Positions 56,988-64,000 of a stretch of DNA of 64,000 nucleotides are shown here, one piece after another. This DNA comes from a virus. Made by a program: the position numbers and the translations under genes. Numbering within the stretch: the first letter of the stretch is position 1; each line of letters starts with the position of its first letter. The DNA is taken from positions 1 to 64,000 of IMG/VR virus record IMGVR_UViG_3300050120_000309. One strand, 5' to 3'. The notes beneath the pieces are model-generated. The model was not told the DNA's origin, made no database searches, and worked only from the letters and a program-made list of their open reading frames with translations.

Positions 56988-57208
56988 TAGCCCCAGCTGT
57001 GTTCAGAGATGGTGTATTGAGACTCTCGAAAAAGGACGAAGGCCAGATTTGCGGCATCTATCCGTCGAGCAAAGCGCAGTGGTTTGTTCGGATCCGTTGT
57101 CCACTCGTAGATGGTGTGGAGGTCGTTGTATGGTGCGATACCTAGCCACTCAGGCATTGGTCCTGTCGGCGCCTTCTCAATGAGCCAACCTGTTTCTATG
57201 GGTTCCAT
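56987..57208 (-). CDS. Hypothetical protein (probably leaderless)
   Basis: 73 aa; box at 57237-57245. Confidence 0.65.
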   Translation of the reverse strand: MEPIETGWLIEKAPTGPMPEWLGIAPYNDLHTIYEWTTDPNKPLRFARRIDAANLAFVLFRESQYTISEHSWG

Positions 57209-57397
57209 GCCCTCGACCCTATAGGGCCAGACGGGGGAGCCAAAGGTTACCGAGCAGGATCATCCTGGTGTAACTGAGCACTCTCTTTGCCGAATGCCCC
57301 GTACGGGAACATGTACAGGTTTGGTCAGATAATCGACACATTTATCTGACATGTTGAAGAAACATACATGTCGGAAGAACCGGCAACATCTTGCCTC

Positions 57398-57592
57398 TTA
57401 TCCCGTAGAAGCCCGTTTATCGGCAACATTGTGCCTGATAAAGCCAAGTCCCACCATCATGTCGTACTGCCTCTGAGAGACGACGATCGCCGGCGGCTCA
57501 TGGGAGTAGGGAACAGGAAGAAGCAGCTCTCTGAGGTCATTGAGCTGGAGAGCCCCGGTGTTCTTGGTGTACTCAGGATCTGACGATTTCAT
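57398..57592 (-). CDS. Hypothetical protein
   Basis: 64 aa, TAATG coupling. Confidence 0.5.
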   Translation of the reverse strand: MKSSDPEYTKNTGALQLNDLRELLLPVPYSHEPPAIVVSQRQYDMMVGLGFIRHNVADKRASTG

Positions 57593-57894
57593 TACCGACT
57601 CACCTGATCTACAGGCGGCCCAATGTTCTCTATATAAGAGCAGAACCCGTCACCCATTACCAGGGCTGCGTCTTTCGGAATAGAACCAGAGACATCTATG
57701 GATATGGAGAAGGGGAATGCCTTGACGGGTAGTTTCTTACTCTGTTTCCGAGATGCAAATTCCAACCAGTCCACAAAGGATTGGTTCGCTCCATCATTGA
57801 GGATCTCAGTCCCCAGATCGAAATCTCTCAGATCGATCGGCCGGTCAATCTCTGTGCTGTAGATCGTCCAACTAGCTTTCTTGGCAGCTGCCAT
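57592..57894 (-). CDS. Hypothetical protein (start uncertain)
   Basis: C-terminal part of the 173-aa track ORF; upstream part overlaps another gene. Confidence 0.45.
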   Translation of the reverse strand: MAAAKKASWTIYSTEIDRPIDLRDFDLGTEILNDGANQSFVDWLEFASRKQSKKLPVKAFPFSISIDVSGSIPKDAALVMGDGFCSYIENIGPPVDQVSR

Positions 57895-57935
57895 GGATGT
57901 TCCTATCTGTATGGGGAGTTTGAGCGGTCGGCCTA

Positions 57936-58145
57936 TTACTTGATGACCCCATTCATCTTGAGTACAGCCTGGAGGTTCTCTATACCAACGGCGACCCGGA
58001 AGATCGCAGGGGTGAGTGCTTCGATTGCCAGCATGATCAGAACCAGGCAGGTCGTTACCGACCAGTGCGCGTGAAGAGCCACCTGGAAGAGCAGAGCTCC
58101 TGTGATAATCCACCGAATACCACGGATGAGGTGTGCCTTCGTCAT
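57936..58145 (-). CDS. Small membrane protein (probably leaderless)
   Basis: MTKAHLIRGIRWIITGALLF...; box at 58174-58182. Confidence 0.6.
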   Translation of the reverse strand: MTKAHLIRGIRWIITGALLFQVALHAHWSVTTCLVLIMLAIEALTPAIFRVAVGIENLQAVLKMNGVIK

Positions 58146-58210
58146 TCCTGCAGCGTAGTGGCTCAGAAGGGCTGAGCCAAAGGCGCCGTCACGCGAACCG
58201 GAAATCACTT

Positions 58211-58543
58211 TTATATATGCAGGGGCGGAGTAAGTGTCTTGATTCTCAGGTTCTTGGCAATGACAGCATGCTCAGGTTCATTGGGATCAAAGACAAGGAC
58301 ATGTACCGCCTGCTCTCCAGCAACCCATCCCAGATTCTTCATCATATGGAGCAAGTCTATGACATCGTCAGAAGATAGGGACCAGTCGAGCTGGCCCTGA
58401 TCGTCCGTGCCTGTGGTGATCCCGAAGACCGGTAGAGCTGGGGGGTGTTGTGAGGTGCGGTGCCCTGGATCCGTGTTGGCTCTCGGGTCGTTGTCAAAGA
58501 TGACTGTGGCGTTGTCGATGGCTTCGTTGAATGACATACTCAT
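58211..58543 (-). CDS. Hypothetical protein (probably leaderless)
   Basis: GTTTGGCTG (58573-58581)-N16-TACTAT-N7-ATG 58543. Confidence 0.6.
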   Translation of the reverse strand: MSMSFNEAIDNATVIFDNDPRANTDPGHRTSQHPPALPVFGITTGTDDQGQLDWSLSSDDVIDLLHMMKNLGWVAGEQAVHVLVFDPNEPEHAVIAKNLRIKTLTPPLHI

Positions 58544-58775
58544 GGCGCCCATAGTAAGCGGCGCACTACTGCCAGCCAAACTCACTTTTATATATGTGGA
58601 GAATGCTCCGCACTGATCGCAGATTGGTGCTCGGAAAACGCTTTGCCAATGGGGATACCAGGGTAATAAGGGTTACCCGATATGGACACTAATCGTTTCG
58701 AGCCCACCCCGGGTGAACCAGGGGTACTGATGTCCACACATCAGCATAACCGTAACACTTACAAGGAGATACACA

Positions 58776-59339
58776 ATGGATACTCATAAGTTCGCAGACG
58801 TCGTCGCATCAGAACTCGGTCTACCCAAATACAAGGTAGTCGTTCAACGTGAGCTCGAGGGAATCAACGCAATGGTTGTTCCTGTAGTCAACGAGATCTG
58901 GCTCAGCCAGCAGATGGTTGAGGAACTCACCAACGAAGAGATCTGTGCAGTCATCACGCATGAGCTTGCTCATCCCTATCACTCGCATCTAGCTAAGCGC
59001 AACGCAGTGTCAGCAGGTCAGTTCATCCTGTCAGGCATCAATCTGTTCCTGCCATTGCCTATCTGGAAGAAAGTAGTCATCGAGCTCGGCATGTCGACGG
59101 TCGCTGCGATCGCCAAGCACAAGATGTTCTGTGCTCAAGAGTATGAAGCAGACGAAATGTCCTTCCGCTATCACCTGCAGGGATCACTGGTCTCTGCATT
59201 GAACAAGATCGAAGCATCAGCACAAGAGCTTCAGAAGAAGTCGGGTCAACCACAGTGGATGCTGGCATTGGGTAGCTTGACTCACCCCAAGACAGCCGAT
59301 CGTATCGCTCGTCTCAGTGTGCCCGTGATCAATCGCTAA
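58776..59339 (+). CDS. M48/HtpX-like zinc metallopeptidase
   Basis: INAM, EEICAVITHELAH, QEYEADE, LVSALNKI, LTHPKTADRIARL; AAGGAG SD. Confidence 0.85.
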   Translation: MDTHKFADVVASELGLPKYKVVVQRELEGINAMVVPVVNEIWLSQQMVEELTNEEICAVITHELAHPYHSHLAKRNAVSAGQFILSGINLFLPLPIWKKVVIELGMSTVAAIAKHKMFCAQEYEADEMSFRYHLQGSLVSALNKIEASAQELQKKSGQPQWMLALGSLTHPKTADRIARLSVPVINR

Positions 59340-59373
59340 TAGCCCTATACCTCAGATTCACAAGGAGAATCAC

Positions 59374-59586
59374 ATGGAATTCATCAAGAAGTACACGTCG
59401 TATCTCCCGGATATGCCCTCAACCTCTGAGGTCATCAAGCACATGGATAGCTACCTGCTCGATAAGAGCAAGGCGGTTACCGAGTTTCTCGATGAACACC
59501 CTGGTATCGCTATCCTGCTCAGCCCTACAAGTATCACGCGTCGCGCAGCACAGAAGCATGTCGACAACATGCTGCACCAGAAGTAG
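59374..59586 (+). CDS. Hypothetical protein
   Basis: 70 aa, AAGGAG SD. Confidence 0.7.
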   Translation: MEFIKKYTSYLPDMPSTSEVIKHMDSYLLDKSKAVTEFLDEHPGIAILLSPTSITRRAAQKHVDNMLHQK

Positions 59587-59674
59587 CAATGTTCCACGTG
59601 GAACTCACTGGTCACCCAATTGGGTGGCCTTCGCTGTTTATGGACACATAACCCATGCAATAGGAGAAATCACA

Positions 59675-59788
59675 ATGTTCAGCTACGAAGTAAAAGGCAT
59701 GTCCCCTCAGGTATTCGTCTCCCTCATCCTCACCGGTATGTTCATCGCCACGATCGCTATTGGTCTTGGTTTCCGCTACGCAGCGTAG
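59675..59788 (+). CDS. Small single-TM protein (37 aa)
   Basis: MFSYEVKGMSPQVFVSLILTGMFIATIAIGLGFRYAA; AGGAG SD. Confidence 0.65.
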   Translation: MFSYEVKGMSPQVFVSLILTGMFIATIAIGLGFRYAA

Positions 59789-59829
59789 TCGTAGTTTCAC
59801 GGACCATAACCCAGATCAAGGAGATCATC

Positions 59830-59958
59830 ATGCACGTATTACTCGCCAAAGTAATCGCTACTGTCCTCGTATCTATCGCAACACTCACTTACATAGCGTA
59901 CGTGTCTTACAGGCCAAAGAATGCAGGTCCTGTAACTGATTACAAGCACTGGCTTTAG
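59830..59958 (+). CDS. Small single-TM protein (42 aa)
   Basis: MHVLLAKVIATVLVSIATLTYIAYVSYRPK...; AAGGAG SD. Confidence 0.65.
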   Translation: MHVLLAKVIATVLVSIATLTYIAYVSYRPKNAGPVTDYKHWL

Positions 59959-60028
59959 TGGTCGGACATTAGCCCTCAGAGATGAGGGCCTTTGTCTGCC
60001 CATTGGGGTAGAGACAGAAAGGAGAAGT

Positions 60029-60475
60029 ATGAAATCTGTCGAGGAACGATTCTGGTCCAAAGTCATCAAGCAGCCTAACGGGTGCTGGATATGGACTGGA
60101 GGAGTAAACGCAATCCATGGCTATGGCAGGTTCTGTCATAGCTCAACTGAAGAGAAGGCACATCGATATAGCTATCGCTTGGCTAAAGGAGAGATACCGG
60201 AAGGTCTCAATCTCCTGCATTCCTGCGATGTCAGAAGATGTGTAAACCCTGACCATTTGAAACCTGGTTCACAGTTGGAAAACGTCCAGGACTGTGAGTC
60301 CAAAGATCGATTCAATCACCCACAAGGTGAGAGTCATGGCAGCGCAAAGCTGACTGCAGCTCAAGTTGAAGAGATTAGAGGTCTTGCAGGCAAAATGCCC
60401 CACTCAGCAATAGCGGCAAAGTTCGGTATGAGTAGATCTCATGTCGGCAATATCTGTCGTGGCGCCAAGTGGTAG
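60029..60475 (+). CDS. HNH homing endonuclease with C-terminal HTH
   Basis: RFWSKV...CWIWTG...YGRF...AHR...LHSCDVRRCVNPDHL...EN; AKLTAAQVEEIR...IAAKFGMS. Confidence 0.9.
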   Translation: MKSVEERFWSKVIKQPNGCWIWTGGVNAIHGYGRFCHSSTEEKAHRYSYRLAKGEIPEGLNLLHSCDVRRCVNPDHLKPGSQLENVQDCESKDRFNHPQGESHGSAKLTAAQVEEIRGLAGKMPHSAIAAKFGMSRSHVGNICRGAKW

Positions 60476-60574
60476 ATGTACCTGCGGTGCAAGCCCATAA
60501 GCACCGTATGTGCCAGAGACGTGGTCCAAACACGTCTCTGGCTTACTTCAACTACCAGATCAAGGAGAATGATC

Positions 60575-63364
60575 ATGTCCAACAATACCAAGAAGACCCT
60601 CGCCCTCGTCAAGGAAATGGAACTGAAGCCCCGCGTTCGTGTCCCCTACGTCGCAGGTGTTCACAGCCACTTCCACGCCCCAACCATGTTCCACAGCACC
60701 TGGGAAACGTCGAACTTCTTCGACATGTTCCTCCCAGAGGGTGTGAACTATGTTGAGGTGTCTGTACTCGGCCGTACTGAGGATGAACTGGATGCCAACA
60801 CATCCTGGTTCGACCACATCGGACGGGAAGGTCTCAAGATCCAAGGTGTTACGCACCGTGTGATCTTCGGTGACTGGGATGACGACGGAGTTGCCATCAT
60901 GGTGCCGGCGGACGCAGTGAAGGGACTTCAAGACCTCGGTCTATCCCTCCAAATCAATGGACCCGCAGATAAGGCTAAGGTACGCAAGTACTTCCGTCGT
61001 ATCCGCGCGCACCACGAATGGGCCATCTCGGGCGCAATCGTTGCCACCAAACAGGTGGAGAATGGTGAGGTACTGACCGTTGCTCCGGATAGCCAGTCGG
61101 ACATCCGGTTCGATATGCTCCATGTCGACCTCAAGGGCATGGACCCAATCAACGTAGCACTCGCTGATGGTGTACACCTCATCGATGTCAACCTGTGCCA
61201 TACCATTGGCCTGGCCTACGGCATCGATAAGCTCACCAACGTCAAAGTGGGTGATGCGTTCAAGGGAACAGCACTCTCAGGTCTCGGCCTGGGTAAGGGC
61301 TTCTTCCATGTCGTTGAGAACGCAACCTATGGAATCGTCCTGTATGGAGCGAAGAAGCAAGTCACGTTCAGTGAGTTCTTCCTCGGCTCACTCGGAGATG
61401 TCAAGGGTGCTGATGTGGCCTATTCGGACCTTCAGTCAACCATCAACTTCGACTATCACCAGGGCGAAATGCTCTATAACCAGTCCGTCCTGTTCATGCA
61501 GGAAGTCATGGAGGCAATCCACAACGAAGACAAGATGCGCCACGTGTTCCTGACACACATGGCTCCGATCTCCGAGATCCTCAGCAATGAGGAAGATGGC
61601 GGTCGTGAGTCCTGGGTACTGCTCGAAGCACTCCGCAAGGGTGTTCCGGTCAGCGCGCAGGGACCAATGAATCCCGGCCTGTTCCGCAGGGTGGTGCGTC
61701 ATCTGTTCACACACGTGCTCGATGCAACCAAGGGACGTGTTCCCTTGACTGGTATCGTGGGACGTTTCAACCTCATGCCTGACCTCAACTGCTTTCTCGA
61801 AGATGGATCTGTGGACTATCGTCTCAGCTCTATCCCAGCAGAAGCTGTGGTCTGCATGGATCTCGATCAGGGCCCATTGGCCATGTATCGTCAGCCCTCG
61901 GGACACAAGAAGGAGCTGGTCAGCACGAACAATGTGCATGACCGTCGCTTCAAGAAGTTCCGTGGTCAGAACCGTATCATCCTCGGTGCAGATGCACTAG
62001 AGTATCTCGCCATCATGGGTGGTGGAGATATGGACGATGCGGTCAATGCAACCGTCAACCTGTCCTGGGTGGAGACAATGGCAACTGGGTCATACCCGTT
62101 GACTGCACTCCCCGCGGCACAGAGCACCAAGGCACTCGACGCAGACAACAAGTATCGTCGTGGTCCTGCCTATCCCCGTCAATGGTCGATGATCGACTTC
62201 TTCGAAGCAGTTGCTGCTTCCAAGGAGAAGGCATCCATGTCCATTGGTGTCGTCGTCAACGCAATCATGCTGGATGAACTCCTGTCCGGCGTGCATAAGG
62301 AGAACATGCTTACCGATATCGCCGATCGCATCGTTGATGCCAAGGATGAGTCGGAGAAGCATGACCTCCGTGTCGCCTATGACTGGCTCCGCAACCGTGA
62401 GGATCGTATCCTCCGTGTCGTGGCTTCCAATCTGGAGGCATTCATCGATCAGAGCAAGACTGGTGCAGGTGATGCTGCTGTATTGGCATCATTCACCGCT
62501 CTCATCAACGAGGTCCGTAACAACAGCATGGTGATCCCCTCGTCGTTCATGATCAAGAACAACAAGGGCCGTGAGCGTGTGCCAGCTAAGCGTCTCATGG
62601 ATATGGACTTCATCACAGCGCCCTCGCTCGTCTGCGAGACGCTCAACCGTATCAAGTTCGAAGCCGATCAGATGCAGGAGGCTCTGGTCGAGGAGCAGTG
62701 GCTCAACGTGGACAGCATTCCTGACTCGTTGGACGCAGCATTCCCACGCAGCAAAGCACACCGTGAGGAGGCATTCGAGCTCCGTATGGCATGGGGTGAG
62801 GCATTTCAATCCCAGCCCAATGCAGACCTGGCGATTCGCTATAAGAACGCCATAGATAACGTGGTCAAACCAGCCTTCTTGAACAAGGAATTGTTCGAAG
62901 AGGACAAGGTTCAGATCGCAGTGGAGCATGCTCGTCTCACCTACCGTGGTCGCAAGACTCAGGCAGAGCGTGGCGAGAATGGTCGGTTCCGGAACTACCC
63001 TGATGGGCTGCTCTGGACCAACACCATCGGTCTGTACTACATCAAGGCGCTCGAAGAGGCTGGACTTACCGGTCTGTATGTACCGGTTCAGTTCGATCGC
63101 TGGAGCCGCAACCTCAGCCGTGGTGCATTTGATGTCCGGGTCGTAGCCGGCATCGTTCTGCGCGCGGAAGATGACATGATGCTCGGAACCACGTTCAATG
63201 TCCTCGATGAAGTAGAGGATGGTATCTATCCCATGATCGATGGCATGATCACCGTCCAGGCACCTGCAGCTGAACTGCGGGCGCCTCGCAACATCGTCAA
63301 TGAGTCGTTCGACAACCCCATGGAGCTGGACTTCGATCTTGATGAAGTCTTTGCCCGTGGCTAG
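60575..63364 (+). CDS. Single-subunit two-barrel RNA polymerase of the cellular RdRP/YonO-like type (variant DxDD catalytic loop)
   Basis: Ordered motifs LADGVHLI, AFKG...GKGFF, MYRQP, MGGGDMDD (62027-62038); R to first D spacing 46 aa; start moved to ATG 60575 behind AAGGAG. Confidence 0.75.
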   Translation: MSNNTKKTLALVKEMELKPRVRVPYVAGVHSHFHAPTMFHSTWETSNFFDMFLPEGVNYVEVSVLGRTEDELDANTSWFDHIGREGLKIQGVTHRVIFGDWDDDGVAIMVPADAVKGLQDLGLSLQINGPADKAKVRKYFRRIRAHHEWAISGAIVATKQVENGEVLTVAPDSQSDIRFDMLHVDLKGMDPINVALADGVHLIDVNLCHTIGLAYGIDKLTNVKVGDAFKGTALSGLGLGKGFFHVVENATYGIVLYGAKKQVTFSEFFLGSLGDVKGADVAYSDLQSTINFDYHQGEMLYNQSVLFMQEVMEAIHNEDKMRHVFLTHMAPISEILSNEEDGGRESWVLLEALRKGVPVSAQGPMNPGLFRRVVRHLFTHVLDATKGRVPLTGIVGRFNLMPDLNCFLEDGSVDYRLSSIPAEAVVCMDLDQGPLAMYRQPSGHKKELVSTNNVHDRRFKKFRGQNRIILGADALEYLAIMGGGDMDDAVNATVNLSWVETMATGSYPLTALPAAQSTKALDADNKYRRGPAYPRQWSMIDFFEAVAASKEKASMSIGVVVNAIMLDELLSGVHKENMLTDIADRIVDAKDESEKHDLRVAYDWLRNREDRILRVVASNLEAFIDQSKTGAGDAAVLASFTALINEVRNNSMVIPSSFMIKNNKGRERVPAKRLMDMDFITAPSLVCETLNRIKFEADQMQEALVEEQWLNVDSIPDSLDAAFPRSKAHREEAFELRMAWGEAFQSQPNADLAIRYKNAIDNVVKPAFLNKELFEEDKVQIAVEHARLTYRGRKTQAERGENGRFRNYPDGLLWTNTIGLYYIKALEEAGLTGLYVPVQFDRWSRNLSRGAFDVRVVAGIVLRAEDDMMLGTTFNVLDEVEDGIYPMIDGMITVQAPAAELRAPRNIVNESFDNPMELDFDLDEVFARG

Positions 63365-63372
63365 CACCGCAA

Positions 63373-63719
63373 CCTGTGCGGTGAATAGAAGCCTTATTCA
63401 CCGCATGGGCAACCCAACGGACCGGGTTGAATGCCTCATATGCTGCGCTTATGACCCATAAAGGGCCTATATGCCTCGTATATGAGTCATTCACGCCGGC
63501 CTGAGTGGATATACCACCAGACTTACCGGATGTTCTGATCCACACCAATACGGGGCCAGTGAAGTCGCCCTGGATGTCGTATTGAATGGAAATAGAGCAC
63601 ATGACACCACACCCTGCCCGCTAACGCGCGCATCTGGTCGTGGCCTCCTAGCTGGTGAAGCCCGTGAAACGGAAGTAAGGGTAGTGGAAGTGAGAACTAA
63701 ACACTTCTCCTGATTAGCG
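63373..63719 (+). ncRNA. Candidate structured non-coding RNA / structured intergenic region
   Basis: About 350 nt with no convincing ORF and at least six hand-foldable stems. Confidence 0.4.
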
Positions 63720-63760
63720 CTCACACCCCACCCCAATACCTTCAACACAGGAGATTTCAC

Positions 63761-63991
63761 ATGAAAGCTGCCTTCGACATCACATTCGTTGACGTGCGCC
63801 TGCCCAATAAGCAGAAGCGCCAGCACTTAGTCCTTCGGGCCGACAACCAGAAGCAAGCACGGGAGCTATTCGGCTCACAGAAGGGCTCTGACTTCAAGGC
63901 TCTGTCTGTCGATGAGGTATTGGCTACGGTCAGCCCTGCATCGCTGGAAATGCTCACCACTCGGTTCAAGGACCATCGAATCGCAGCCTAG
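63761..63991 (+). CDS. Hypothetical protein
   Basis: 76 aa, AGGAG SD. Confidence 0.7.
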   Translation: MKAAFDITFVDVRLPNKQKRQHLVLRADNQKQARELFGSQKGSDFKALSVDEVLATVSPASLEMLTTRFKDHRIAA

Positions 63992-64000
63992 TACATCCCT

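Noticed and set aside
58205-58596. TATATAAAA as a TATA box directly before GTG starts at 58208 and 58585
   Set aside because: Downstream ATGs (58145, 58543) fit the fixed spacing of the CTTTGGCTC class better; bacterial phage context
63650-63675. Hammerhead ribozyme (CTGGTGA...GAAAC)
   Set aside because: Core deviates from CUGANGA and the stems needed around GAAA could not be built
1-64000. tRNA genes, integrase/att sites, reverse transcriptase or DGR elements
   Set aside because: None recognised by eye; tRNAscan-SE and profile searches would be needed to exclude them formally

Overview
This window is a segment of a large tailed dsDNA phage genome with a contractile (myovirus-type) tail; no host housekeeping genes, tRNAs or CRISPR arrays were recognised. 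Positions 1-~51 kb (minus strand) hold the morphogenesis region: terminase large subunit, portal, prohead protease, decoration protein, major capsid protein, an embedded lysis cassette (GH108 endolysin), neck, sheath, three tube-like proteins, chaperones, two giant proteins, a GH73-bearing baseplate hub, baseplate J/gp25-like proteins and an Ig-repeat protein truncated by the window edge. Positions ~51.7-52.1 kb are an AT-rich array of palindromic repeats (origin candidate). Positions ~52.2-58.6 kb hold small minus-strand accessory genes, and a divergent plus-strand module with strong Shine-Dalgarno sites and intergenic hairpins starts at 58.8 kb. The most notable observation is an apparent two-polymerase transcription system. 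(i) A 1665-aa protein inside the tail module carries beta-like (GTK..SQKG) and beta'-like (R-x-P...DMDGD) two-barrel RNA polymerase motifs in one chain, making it a candidate virion-delivered RNAP. (ii) A ~929-aa RdRP/YonO-like two-barrel polymerase with a variant GGGDMDD catalytic loop lies in the plus-strand module. Two repeated promoter-like motifs accompany them: TTCCTATACTAG (6 exact copies, structural region) and CTTTGGCTC-N15/16-nAnnnT (about 10 copies, several placed for leaderless mRNAs). All functional calls come from manual motif reading and synteny; no database searches were run.
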